DNA of 64,000 bases from Octopus vulgaris (GCA_951406725.2 OX597816.1:175150001-175214000), one strand, 5' to 3'. Shown: positions 13,620-27,010, counted from the first letter of the stretch. Program-made: numbers and translations. The notes: a model not told the origin generated them from the letters alone.

Positions 13620-14030
13620 GCTAGAGGTTGAGGCCATGCTGGGACATTACCTTCCAGTGTGATTGGGTTGCTTTTCTTTACAGTTTCTGAAGTAGCGTGT
13701 CGGACGGAGCTGCTCTTTGTGCCTCTCCTCACGATGTTTGTTCACACTCTCTTTGAAAACCTCCATATTTACACTTCGCATACCTCTGAGGCTGTATGGC
13801 AGAATGTTGAAAAGTATTGACCCTTGAAATCTAAGCTGTTACAATTCTGGGTTTTTACTCTAGACAGAGAAGACGAGATTTTTGGTACTATGCAGTGCCG
13901 TATAGTCCGGTGGTTAGTATAATTTTCAGTTCCAAAGTTGGGATCTAGACTTTCCAGTATCTTCCATATCTTTGTCACTGTATATCTCTTCAACTCCCTT
14001 AGCTTCTCCTGGTAGCTCATTTGTGTCATC
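13620..14030 (-). mobile_element. Decayed 3' fragment of a non-LTR retrotransposon
   Basis: ORF 13769..14071 contains SYQEKLRELK...KIWKILE, resembling post-RT C-termini of CR1/L2-group ORF2. Confidence 0.4.
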
Positions 14031-14756
14031 TCTTTGCTCTGGGTTATTTCTGGATGCTTTTGTTTTGTCATTGGTTTGTTTTTTGTTTACTTTTTCAGCC
14101 CCCTCAGTCAGTCTGCTTTGGCTTAGTCCTTTTGAGAGCTCACTGGGCCTGGATGACTTGCTCCTTTTCACAATCTGCATCTTTCTTGTCCCTCTTGCTG
14201 TAATCGTTTTCCAGAATGGCATTCCTATATGTTGATATTTGGTCTCACAAGGGCATAAGAATGGGAGAACTTGAGTTTCTTTTGCTTTATCTGGGTTGTT
14301 GTTCTATAGTGTTACTGCGATAATGTTTGCAGGGTATCCTTCTACAATTTTTCAAGCTCAAGGAAACAATTGCAGTTCCTTGGCTCTCCAATTTCACATC
14401 TTTGCTGTATATGCCTTCAGGGAAAAAGTAGAAAAAATAGAAGTATAAGAATGTATAGATATGCGTGTGCATGTATGCACGCACACATTCATATGTATAC
14501 ACATAGGGAGGGAGAGAGCTATATAAGTATATACTTGTGTATATAGATCTATGTATATGAAAATATGTATGTATATATATAGATATATGTATGTGTGTAT
14601 GTATTGGCTGTACGGTAAGTAGCTTGCTTCCCAACCACATTATTCCAGGTTCAGTCCCACTGTGTGGTACCTTGGGCAAGCTACTTACCACACAGTCACA
14701 TCTGTGCCTATATATATGTATATATAATTTATTTAAAAGCAGCAAAAATATCACAA

Positions 14757-14800
14757 AAACTGTTACTCAGAGTTTCACGTTGTCGTTCGTCAGACAGTTT
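14757..14800 (-). ncRNA. Minimal type I hammerhead ribozyme motif (PLE-type)
   Basis: Minus strand: AAACTGT CTGACGA ACG-ACAA-CGT GAAA CTC-T-GAG TA^ACAGTTT. All core nucleotides are present, with a 7-bp stem I, 3-bp stem II and quasi-palindromic stem III. Confidence 0.8.
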
Positions 14801-14974
14801 GTTTAGGATGAAACAAAAATAAGGTTATAAGCAAACATATACAATTAATTTAATGGATACACATTTGAAAATGGTTTTGTTTCATTGGTCCTTTCAACTA
14901 ACGGTCTTTACAATGACCAGTTGCATGCAATGAACAAATTTCGGTATATATGTATATATATGTGTGTGTATATC

Positions 14975-15230
14975 ACGTGACCGACCAGACCATCAGATGT
15001 TGCTACACATCGCTGGTCACAATTAGTTCGCATTGTTTTAGCCTTCGAATGACGCCACCCCGCTGGCTAAGCGAGCAGGCCAACAGAAGAAAGAGTGGTG
15101 AAAGAGTACAGTAGGGATCACCACCCCCCTGCCGGAGCTTCGTGGAGCTCTTAGGTGTTTTCGCTCAATAAACACTCAACACCCAGTCTGGGAATCGAAA
15201 CCGCGATTCAGCTGCCCTAATCACTAGGCC
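14975..15230 (-). mobile_element. SINE family C; other copies at about 10315-10413 (-) and 32620-32815 (+)
   Basis: Shared atcagatgttgctacacatcgctggtc...ccccgctggctaagcgagcaggc; tRNA-like head (ggtttcgattcc) on the minus strand. Confidence 0.7.
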
Positions 15231-15263
15231 ATGTGTGTGTATATATAATATATAAATATATGC

Positions 15264-15296
<33 letters not shown>

Positions 15297-16539
15297 TGTA
15301 TATATACATGTATATATAAGGGTACAGGACATCAAAAAGCATTGAACACAATGAGAAACAAAAACATACAAATGAATTTTTTTTAGACAACGCAAAAAAC
15401 AAACAGAGAAATGAGACATACAATATAAAGAATATTCCTTTTCTTCAGTTGTCCCTGTTTCAACTACTCCACAAATTCGAAGGCAAGGATTAGACGTGAC
15501 TTCATTGAAACAGTCCTTCCCGCAAAGCTAATTAAATAAAGTTTGGGATTTTTTGCGGAAGGTGAAAGTGGTAACTAGAACAGGACTGGGAGAACAAAAC
15601 AGTAAAAACAATAAAAAAGTAAAAACAGTAAAAGACAGAACAATGAGAACAAAATAGTAAAAACAAACGATGAGGGTTGTTAAGCCAAGACGATGGAAAA
15701 ATTATTCTGAATGTTTAAGGAGATGAGCTTATGAAGAGACAGGATAAGCCCGTTTAGTCTTTATGAAGGTAGTAGTCGGAAAGATAGATTCCCTCTCGCC
15801 ATGTGTCATCGACGAGAGCGTCGAGGAGGGGTGAGAGACGGAGAGAACGGTGAAGGGGAGACGAGAAGAATAGGGAAGTGTGGGAGAAAAAACCAGAAAG
15901 GATGAAGAACAAAAGGGGTAGAGAGATAGCAAAGAAGAGTTTGCATCGTAATTGTTAAGATAAAACTTACTTGGAAAAAGATGCGTGGCGTTCGATCATA
16001 TAATAATATAAATATATGCATATATACATACACATATGTACATACCTACATACATATGTATATATACATGCATATATGGGTACAGAACATCAAAAAAACC
16101 TTGAACATAATGAGAAACGAAAACATAAAAACAAAAACATAGAAACAAACCTTTTTTCGGACAACAAAAAAAAACAAACAGAGAAACAAGACATACAACA
16201 TAAGGAATGTTCCCCTTCTTCAGTTGTCCCTGTTTCAAATACTCCACATTTTGAAGGCAAGGACAAGATGCGACTTTGTTGAAATAGTCCTTCCCACAAA
16301 GCAAATTAAATAAAATTTGGGATTTTTTGCGGAGAGTGAAAGTGGTAATATATATGCAAATATGTGTGTGTACATATATATGTATGTATAAATGTGTATA
16401 TATATATATGTATGTATATATACATGTGTGTGTGTATATGTGTATGTATATACATGTTTATATATATATATATATACGTATGTATGTATGTATATATATA
16501 TACACATATTTATATCTGTATGTTTATATGTATACATAT

Positions 16540-16941
16540 GGAAGTTGTAGCTTTGATACCAGTGCCGGTGGCACATAAGAGAACCGTCCGAACGTGGCCG
16601 CTGCCAGTGCCGCTCCGACTGGCCTCTGTGCTGGTGGCATGTAAAAAGCACCATCCGATTGTGGCCGTTGCCAGCCTCGTCAGGCCCCCGTGCCGGTGGC
16701 ACGTAAAAAGCACCATCTGATCGCCGCCGTTTGCCAGCCTCATCTGGCACCTGTGCAGGTGGCATGTAAAAAGCACCCAGTACACTCACGGAGTGGTTGG
16801 CATTAGGAAGGGCATCCAGCTGTAGAAACACTGCCAGATCAGACTGGGCCTGGCGCAGCCTACTGGTTCCCCAGACCTCAATTGAACCGTCCAACCCATG
16901 CTAGCATGGAAAACGGACGTTAAACGTTGATGATGATGATG
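16540..16941 (+). mobile_element. RTE 3'-end fragment; similar fragments at about 19235-19572 (+), 20490-20830 (-), 20870-21115 (+), 21190-21400 (-), 33315-33530 (-), 34100-34405 (+), 53015-53105 (+) and 60090-60620 (+)
   Basis: gtgccggtggcacgtaaaaagcacc modules, ggagtggttggcgttaggaagggcatccag, ccgtccaacccatgctagcatgg and (GAT)n tail, matching the 3' UTR of the long RTE copies. Confidence 0.9.
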
Positions 16942-18189
16942 ATAGATAGATAGATAGATAGATAGACGCACACACACACACACGCATACATATATATACT
17001 TTATTAAAAGCAGTAGATATATCACAAAAACTGTTACTCAAAGTTTAATTTTCCTGTTCGTCGGACTGTTTTGTTAGAATGGTACAGAAATTCTGACATA
17101 ATCAAACATAGATTAAATGATACACTTTTGAAAATAGTCTTGTTTCATTGGTCCTTTCAACTAACAGTCTTAAGCATGCAATGATCAAAATTGTTGTAAA
17201 ATTGAAGAAAACCTTCAATTGAAGGGCAGAGTCTAAATATGTATGGTAAATAATTAGGTACAAGATATAAATGTATGCATTAACAGTTATATTCATTTAA
17301 AAATTGAAATTAAAAATTACATAGATATTTTTCAGCAGCATATACACATACTAAACCATCTATATACAGATGCATATACATAGTTATATACATGTATAGG
17401 TGAGACGTAAATATATACATACACACATACACGCGCACAAAATCTCTTGGTGTATACATACACAGGTCAGTTGTTACCGGCGAAAGAGATGGGAGGCACA
17501 TTAAGCATAGGGAGGAGGGAGTGAAACAGTGAAAAGAAAAGAAGTAAAAGTTACTGAAACAGAAACAGAAAACTGAGAGAAAGAGATTGCTACAAAAGAA
17601 ACGAGAGAGACTTTACGAATTGCATTCAACGAATGCACACGTGAAGCAAAATTACGTATATATATATATATACACATAACTATAGATATGCATACAAATA
17701 CACATGATTACATTTATAAATATTCAAAAATATGCATGCGAATACATGCTCACATAAGCATAAGTATATACACATATACATATACATCCATGTGCGTATG
17801 CACATAAATATAAACATACACGTATACTTACACACATACATGTACGGACACATACACATACATATGTACACCCACAATACATATATACACATAAAGACAA
17901 ATATACAGTGACACATCTACATCATAATGTATATACAAGCAATTTCAAAAGCTGCTTGGTGTATATAAAATCAAAATACAGATAAAAAGGCGTTTTAAAA
18001 TGCAACACCATATAAGGAATCATCTACAAATAAAATGTAACAATTAAATAGGCTTGTAAAATTCAATGAAATAAAATATCAAAAAATAATGAGAATAAAA
18101 AAAATAATAATAGAAATCCTGGCAAAGCCTAAGCTTGAAAATAATATGTAAAGTAGCAGTTGAAAATAATTCAAAAGTCAAAACATACT

Positions 18190-18625
18190 ATCCATATGGT
18201 ATTTTGTCGGTTGACATTTTAAATTTTGTTGCATGTTTGCAGGAATTTAAAAGTTAGCGTCTATGATTTAAAGTGTTTTTATCCTGGAACAAGATGAAGA
18301 ATTTTTCCAAAAGGCATAAATTGCATTTGATAGGTCTTTTATGAGCTCCATGTCTGTAAGGTGATGCTTTGTCTAAAATTTTCCATGTTACATTAAAAGG
18401 GTGGGTTTCCTTTTCTTTTAATTCCCAGACATGCTTTGCCAGACAAGTCATCCTGTTTTCGGGGTCCAAAGAATTGTAATTGCAAAGACAAGACCTCCTG
18501 TCTGTTGGAAAGAAAATGTCTGGAAAAAGGGATTGTGTATAGGGCCAAAGTACAAATAGATGGCTTGAAAGAATAAAAAACATACACGGGAGCTGCTGAA
18601 AATTCTTTCAAGACCCAATTTTATT
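18190..18625 (-). mobile_element. Penelope-like element GIY-YIG remnant with internal inversion
   Basis: Minus strand: LAKHVWELKE...WKILDKASPY...CNLCLLEKFFIL. Plus strand 18472-18624: CNCKDKTSC...GIVYRAKV...KTYTGAAENSFKT. Confidence 0.75.
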
Positions 18626-19130
18626 CCCACAGAAAGGGACATGGAGAACTGGATTGGGGCAGCCCACTCCGCCTTCAGCAGACACAGCCAACATGTATTC
18701 TTCAATCATGCACTGACCATCTGGATAAAGATCATGGTCTTCCATGCCATTGTCCTGTCAACTCAACTCTATGCTTGTAAGACTTGGATGTTGTACTGTC
18801 GTGATTTCAAGCGCCTTGAATGCTTCCAGCAATCGAAGCAACAACAGACCCTCAACATACAATGGGAAGATCACGCTACCAACAACAAGGTTCTTCGCCA
18901 CGGCTTACTACCAAGTTTCAAAGACACCATTCTTCGCCATCGTCTGCACTGGGCAGGTCATGTCCAGCGTCTGTAGCTCTCTTGTCTCCCAAGGGTCATG
19001 CTCTACGGAGTACTTGCAATCGGAACTAGACCCAGAGTATGTCTAAAATTCCGTTTTAAAGACCAGCTCAAATGGACCTTGGCTCAAGCTAACATTCAGC
19101 CATCCTCACAGGAACACATTACCATGGCGA
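18626..19130 (+). mobile_element. RTE/BovB-like LINE C-terminal fragment (different family from the main RTE)
   Basis: IGAAHSAF...LYACKTW...RLHWAGHVQRL...LYGVL..GTRPR..KFRFKDQLK. Confidence 0.75.
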
Positions 19131-19571
19131 GTTCTCGGTATCGAGTACGAGTGCGGCCGGTTTATTGCTGGGGAGTAAGTCTGAGTACGACGAAGACCAC
19201 GAGTGTGTGTGTCCGTGTGTTATCGACAAGGCACGAAAATCAAAATCGAAATCGATCAACATCAATGGAAATTGTATCTGTGATACCAGTGCCGGTGGCA
19301 CGTAAAAAGCATCATCTGATCGTGGCCGGTGGCACGTAAAAAGCACCATTCTGATCGTGGCCGTTTGCCAGCCTCGTCTGGCACCTGTGCTGGTGGAATG
19401 TAAAAAGCACCCACTACACTCATGGAGTGGTTGGCGTTAGGAAGGGCATCTAACTGTAGAAACATTGCCAGATCAGACTGAGCCTGGTGCAGCCTTCTGG
19501 CTTCCCGGACCCCAGTTGAACCGTCCAACCCATGCTAGCATGGAAAGCGGACGCTAAACGATGATGATGAT

Positions 19572-19711
19572 ATATATATAGTATGTATATGTATTCTATA
19601 TTTATATATATTGTATGTATATATATATTCTATATTTATATTGTATGTATATGTATATATATTCTATATTTATATTATATGTATATGTTCTATATTTATA
19701 TATATTTTATG

Positions 19712-19755
<44 letters not shown>

Positions 19756-19870
19756 ATACACATATATATTGTATATAAATATATATATATATTGTATACA
19801 TTTATATATTGTATATATATATATACATTGTATGCATTTATATCTTGTATGCATACATATATATATATAT
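19572..19870. repeat. Degenerate (TA)n microsatellite
   Basis: Directly visible. Confidence 0.9.
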
Positions 19871-21117
19871 GTAATATAGTGAGAATTTGCAAAAAACAAG
19901 ACAACGATGGATGTCATCATCATCATCATCATTGTTTAACGTCCGTTTTCCGCGCTAGCACGGGTTGGACAAATAACAAACAGATGTATTAGTTTAACGT
20001 TCGGTAAGTGAGAAAGTCTTTTACTTTTTGAGCCTACGCTCTTCGGCAAGAAGGAACACAGAAATAAACAGGGAGAGAAAATAAAAAATGTTTAGGGGCT
20101 AGCGTTTTATCATGGCGAATGTTGGACAGAGAGGTCACACAGGAGAGCTAGGAAGAAGGGGAGATGATAAAGTAGCGGTTATCCCAAAATGATGGTGCGC
20201 TTGGGTGTGTATCTGAGAGTGTGCATGTGGGCTGGTGACCTTGATGTGTGCATGTATAGGTGTGTGGATGATGATGTGGGTGCTGGGAAGTGGTCAGTGC
20301 TAGTGTGTGCGGGGTGGTGTGATATGGTGGTGTTGGAGTGGGGGAGCAAGGGTGGAATGTGGGTAGGGATGGGGTATGTGGGAGTGGGTGTAAGGGACGG
20401 GTGGGGTTGGAATGTGTAGGGGTGGGGTAACAAGGGAGGGGGGAGAGGTGGAATATATGTATTCTATATATATTGTATATAGTTTAATCATCATTTAACG
20501 TCCATTCTCCATGCTAGCATGCGTTGGACGGTTCGACCGGGGATCTGGGAAGCCAGAAGGCTGCACCAGGCTCCAGTCTTATCTGGCAATGTTTCTACAG
20601 CTGGATGCCCTTCCTAATGCCAACCACTCCGTGAGTGTAGTGGCTGCTTTTTACGTGCCAGGTGAGGCTGGCAACGGCCACATTCGGATTGGTGTATTTT
20701 ACGTGCCACCGGCACGGAAGCCAGTCGAGGCGGCGCTGGCATCGGCCACGAGTCGGATAGTGCTTTTTACGTACCACCAGACCAGGGATCCTGGCTGGTT
20801 CAATTCGATTTCGATTTCGCTTGCCCCAACATGTCTTCGCATATTGTGTGTATATGTATATATATTCATTACCAGCGTCGCCTTACTGGCACCTGTGCCG
20901 GTGGCATGTGTAAAAAGATTTGAGCGAGGTCGTTGCCAGTACCGCCTGAATGACCCATGCCGGTGGTACGTAAAAAGCACCTACTACACACTTGGAGTGG
21001 TTGGCCTTAGGAAGGGCATCCAACTATAGAAACTTTGCCAGATCAAGATTGGAATCTGGTTCGCCAGCCCTCAGTCAAAATCGTCCATGGAAAGTGGACG
21101 TTAAACGATGATGATTC

Positions 21118-21156
<39 letters not shown>

Positions 21157-21951
21157 GTATCTATTGTATACATGTATATATTTTCTATGGATCATCATCA
21201 TCATTTAACGTCTGCTTTCCATGCTGGCATGGGTTGGATGATTTAACTGAGGACTGGCAAACCAGATGGCTGCACCAGGCTCCAATCTGATCTGGCAGCG
21301 TTTCTACAGCTGGATGCCCTTTCTAACGCAAACCACTCCGATAGTGTAGTGGGTGCTTTTACGTGCCACCAGCATGAGGGCCAGTAAGGTGGTACTGTCA
21401 ATGATGTTAAATATCTACAAAAAATAGAATTGATATCTTCTGTAAATCATGTTGCCTCAATAAACTTAACATATCTCAACAACAAATGGTTTCAAACATG
21501 CCATTCTTCAAAAATATATAGATTGGTATATAAAACTACTTTCTACTGTTAAGTGTAATGAAATTTTGAGTAGATATATCTGTCGTTACGTTCCGAGTTC
21601 AAATTCCGCCGAGGTTGACTTTGCCTTTCATCCTTTCGGGGTCGATAAATTAAGTACCAGTTACACACTGGGGTTGATGTAATCGACTTAATCCCTTTGT
21701 TTGTCCCCTCTGTGTTTAGCCCCTTGTGGGTAGTAAAGAAATATATATCTGATTCCCTTAGTAAAATGGTTGATAAAAGAACTGAGCATATTTTCACAGG
21801 TATTATATTTGATTTTCAGTTTCAATATTGGGTTTTGGATGTTTTAAAATTTTTATGCTTCTAAATGTTTGCTGAAACTGATGTAAAGCTGGAAAAATCA
21901 ATGAAGTTGAGGTTAACTTTTTTTTCCATTAATTTTTTGAAAAACAGTATG

Positions 21952-22230
21952 TTATCATAGTCCTCCAGGCAATAACGGAGGAATTCAAGACAGGATGCCC
22001 CTGGGAGCTCCTCTATGCTAATGACCTTGCTCTAATTGCTGAGTCACTATCAGAACTGGAGAAGTTTCAGGGGTGGAAGCAAGGATTAGAATCGAAGGGC
22101 CTTAGAGTCAACTTAGCTACAACCAAAGTCCTAATAAGTAGTAAGGCAGACAAATCACAAACGCCTTCAGGTAGATGGCCCTGCTCGATCTGTAGAAAAG
22201 GCATAGGTAGAAACTCTATAAGATGCACCA
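21952..22230 (+). mobile_element. Internal RTE RT fragment
   Basis: High similarity to 57190-57470 (AITEEFKTGCPWELLYANDL...WPCSICRKG). Confidence 0.85.
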
Positions 22231-23149
22231 TAATCTAAATGCCATCAATGTACTGCCTATTTATGTCAGTACACTGACATGTAATCGACTTAATTGCATT
22301 CAACTTACACGAGCAAACAAAGGTGACATGGCCTTTCAAATTTATGCAATAGTATAATTTGTGAAATTTGGATGAATATTTTAGGAAATATGACGGTTTG
22401 AATGGTCAGTGAATTGATTGACGAAATCTTGCCTAATTGGTCTAAATTAATAATTAGCCATATTTGTAATGTCATATCTTTGAAACTGAGGTGATAATCA
22501 TCTTCAAATTACACAAATCACGCAGGGACCTGAGTTTGGGAACATTTGTAGTAGGCATAGAACTAAATAATTCCCCAAATTTTGGAACAATACTATTGCG
22601 ATAAAATTTTAATGAACTATTAAAAATGGCTGCAAATGGTGGAGTTTCAGATCAGGATATGCACATAAGTTGGATTTTTATTCTGATGGGGATTTTTCCA
22701 ATTTATTTTAGTGGGGGTGGGGGGTTTATCTTTATGATTATTTTTCACACTTCCCCTCCCTCTTATTCCCCTCCAAACTGATTTCAGCTGATTTTGTTTC
22801 TACTACACACTTAGCAATGATGGGAGAAGCTTTTTCATTTTAAAAATAGGTGGGGGATTTCAGAAATATTTTCAGATGAAAAGGTGCATGATTTAAGAGT
22901 GATTTAGCTGCTGCTTCTAGCACATCCCATGACCACTTGGAACCTTCCTTGTTTCTTTGTCACTGACATGTATTGATGTTTTTCAATGGGTTTTGTTGGA
23001 GCTATACACTAAGAGTTTCTACAAGACAACTTTCTTAAGGCTACTGACCAAACATACAGCTACAGCAAGGCTCTAGCCAAATTGAAAGTTGAGATAATAG
23101 TAGAATAGTGAGGTAGAAAGAAACATAAAAGCAGAGAGAGACTTGATAA

Positions 23150-25140
23150 GGAGCAGCTAAGAGCAATGCCAAGTTGCTAGAGAGAAAGAGGTTTGCTTAT
23201 GTTCTGTAATTTGAAGATCAAAGGCATGAGACTTTCTGGATTGCAAGACAGTGTGTTACAGAAAACTTGGATGTTGTTGGGGAGAAGTTTCTGAGCAGAA
23301 AAAGACATAGAAGTGCTATTATAAGAAAGTAGAGGATGCATCAAAGAGAGAAGTCCTGTTATAGTTGCCCTAACAGAGGGACCAGTTATACAAGTTAATA
23401 GCAGTTTGATAAAGCGATGAAGGATATGATGGCAGAGAAGATTGTCAGTCTATTGGGGATAGTTATTCAGATGATTAAAACGTCTGGAGTAGGGCACATC
23501 CTATCATCTGCATCGTCAATCAAGTCATACAGGAAGTTGTTATATACACAACTGCTGAAAGGGCATAAGAAATGCACTGCAAAAAGGAAATAACAGAGGC
23601 ATCAAGTTGAACCAGTTTATAAAAAGTTACTAAAAGAAACATACAAACAGAATTAGCCTAGATGGGATGCAGTTTGTGCTGGGGAAAGGTACCATTGGTG
23701 CACTCTTAGAGAAGTATTAAGATGGGGTAAGCCACCTTTGCTGATCTAGAAGGCCTTGGTCTCACATTATAATCTGGTGGTCACTCAGAAAATTTGGAAT
23801 AATGAATGGCTTGTGAAGGCTGTGCAAGCAATGTACAGTAGTGCTGTCAATAAAGAGAGTACTGAATATAGCAATGAATTTAGTGTGAAAGTCGGGTTCA
23901 CTAAGATTCAGTTCAGATTCATCCCCTTTTATTTATCACTGTCCTCTGGGTTTTAAGACTGGCTGTCCATAGGAATTTCTCTAGGCTGACAATCTGGTTC
24001 TTATATCAGAATCTGGATTGCTTCAAGGAGACAAAAGAAGAGAAAACTGGCAACTACTATTGAAACTTTGGTCTTAAAGGAGACATTTAACTTGAGTATT
24101 TTTGTGATATATGCACTGTGTCTTGTTCAGTGTCTTGCAATATTCTTATAATTTTCAATGTGAAAGCAAAACCGAAAATCAAGTAAAGACTGAAGTATTA
24201 GAAACTAGGAAAGAAGACATGACTCTGGTACCATCTGTGTTTGTTAAGAAGGGGAGTCGGTAGATATTTCATTCTGTGTATCTAGCATAAACTACAGACC
24301 CATGAGATGTAGTGGAATTAGAAGTAATCTAATGAGAAAGGTAGACTTTACATGCAGCATATACTCAGGAGCAGTAAAGTACTAAGAGTGATCCCACAGT
24401 AGTTGATAACTTCTGCTGCATAGATAACCTAATTAGCAATGGAGTATAGTAGCCAGAACAAGAACGGGTTGGGAGAAGTTCAAGGAGCTATTTCCGCTTC
24501 TATTAATAAAGGGTTCTCTCTGAGTAAAGGAAAGAATGTATGACATCTGTAGACAATGTGTATGGCTGCATGGTAGAGAGATGCAGGCACTGAATACAGA
24601 TACAGAGGGATTTACAAAACTAGAAAGAAATGAAATGTTCATGCTTTTCTGGATGTGAGTTTGCATTATCTCTTCAGCATTTAAACCAGCCATATCTGGC
24701 TCAAATATTCTACATGTTTTATGTTCAAACTGGCTAGATCCAACTTCTCACAACTACCCTACATTGTCATTCAAAAAATAAACACTCATATCATCAGAAC
24801 CTCAAAGTCAACAGATAATGCATGATTAATTCATAACAATGTGAATACATAAGAATTACATTTGACAGAGTAATCTCAATGCTAAAGGATTAATGATGGA
24901 ATTCAAATGAGCTCTGAGCAAAGTTGTGCACAAATGGGATCAGATGAGGTACTTGAGAGAAGACTACACTGGTGTGGGCATGTAATGTCTATAAAGGATG
25001 ATAGCTGTATAAAGAAGTGTAAGGCACTCAAAATGGATGGAACCTAAGAAAGATTGAGACCCATGAAGATAAAGGGACAAAGTGGTGAAGATTGATCTTA
25101 GAAGTTGGACCTCATGGAGGTGGAGTTACAGTGATTCGTC
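23150..25140 (+). mobile_element. Old, highly degraded RTE LINE
   Basis: Patchy similarity to the RTE RT (EWLVKAVQAMY, EYSNEFSVKVG, gttgataacttctgc, WEKFKELFPLL, hgxexW region). Confidence 0.65.
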
Positions 25141-26059
25141 CTCTTGAGAGGACCTACCCAGCAGTTCAAGTATGGTGAAATGAACATTGAAATGGTGGTG
25201 GTAATGAAGGATGGAAGATATATATGGATGGATATTGTCTATATTTGCTGCCTCCCCAGCCTTGTGATCCCTTTTTATTTCATTGTCATCACTTTCCCTC
25301 TGCCTTCTCTCTTCTATTCACTGTACTGTGCTATCAGTGTTGGGCTATCATTAAATCTGTCCAATCCTCTCATCTTTCTGGCAATCACTTGCTCTCCTCT
25401 CACTGGGCCATGTATGTAAAGAAAGATTGCATTGACAGGTACTGGAGCACCTAACAGTCAGTATTCCTTCTCTTCTCCTATTCCCTCAGCCCCCCTCTCT
25501 ACCATCATAAACTTGTTCCTTCACCCTTATATTCTAGTTTTTTTTCCATCATCACTGCCTGCTAGTCACTCTCTTAGTCATATAGCACTGAACAGACAGA
25601 CACAGCTAAAAGTAAAGAAAGCAATATCACTAAAGTTGGTGTCATTTTAAAATGCACCCAGTATGCCCTATAAAGTGGTTAGTGATTGTTCAGAAGCAAC
25701 ATAGATTTGAGAGAGCTCTTTAGCCATGTCAAAAACGACCTCCTCTGGGTCTATGATAAAATTCATTCAGTACTCTATAAAGAGGTTGACGATAGGAAGG
25801 ATATCTGGATGTAACCAAACTAACCTGTCTAGGAGGGCATTAACTCCAAATAAAAACTGACTTGGATCACAATTTGTCCAACCTATGCCAGCAGGGAAAG
25901 TGAATGTAAAATGATTAAATGCTTGTTGAGGTATATAGCTTATAGCATCAGTTTCATTAATTTATCCTTAAAGTAAGAATTTTTTCTAAAATAAAAATGA
26001 TAAACTGTCCTTTTATGTTACTAGTCTGTTCAACCATAAATAGACATAGAATAATGATG

Positions 26060-27010
26060 ATTGATATCTAATATGATAATCAAAACATCTTGGCCCGACT
26101 CTATTTCTCCTCTACATCAGTGTTCTTCAATTCATCAACATTTCTGTTAATGATACTACTGGTTGTCCTGGCAGTACCGCTCCCTTGAAATGGTTAGAAT
26201 TTATTGCTAGTCTTGAGGTGGATCTGCAGGCTGTTAAGAAATGGGGTGAGAAGTGACTAGTAACTTTCAACCCTGGCAAGACCAAACTCCTGTCTTTCAG
26301 TGGGGAGTGGGATCCCTATCCTTCTCCCATTTACATGAATTTTGGGCCTGTGGTATTACATGGTGAGATAGTTAAACTACTTGAGAAAAGGTCTTCTTTG
26401 AAACTGCTAGTCTTACTCTCACCTGATCTTTTTGTGGGGTCTTACAATCAACTGGTAGGTTTACTTTCTGTAAGATTGGGTCATTGTTTAGGTCAAAAGA
26501 TCACCTCATTTTGTACCTTTTCAAGTTCACAATTTGTCATTTTATAGAACACTGGTGCACCATCTTGTCGCTTGGATCTCTTTGACTGGGTTCAAAACTG
26601 AGTTGCTAATTTGATTGGTCCCTCTCTTGCTTCTGGAACTCTTGTCACATTGACAAGCCATTGCCAGTCTTATTCTTTTCTATCATTATTGCCACAGGAA
26701 GTTCTCTGATGAACATTCTCTCTTAGTTTCAGATTACTTTGTTCCATCTTGCCTCATGCAAAACTCACAGCATCTTCATCCAAATGCTGTTGTGCTTCCA
26801 TGAACAAGGAAGTCTTTCTATGGTCATAGCTTTTTCCCTCGAACTGCCAGACTTGGGAACTCCTCCATCTCATTGTTTTCCCCCTCCTTATGACCTGAAC
26901 TCTATCAAATATTAAGTAAATTCATTACTTTTGTCTTAATTTCTCCTTCTTTATAGTCTCTTATACTGAATGTCTTTTTGATTTGTTTGGGATTTTCTTA
27001 TTAAAAAAAA
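26060..27010 (+). mobile_element. Degraded CR1/Jockey-group LINE 3' portion (related to 44870-46990)
   Basis: aaatggggtgagaagtgactagtaactttcaaccctggcaagaccaaactc (WG-KWLVTFNP-KTKLL), SFFPRT-LWN-like end, A-rich tail. Confidence 0.6.

Noticed and set aside
16235-16894. Recurring ORFs such as MDGST...FLQLDALPNANHSVSVVGAFY
   Set aside because: They are antisense translations of the stop-poor RTE 3' UTR, with frames that vary between copies.
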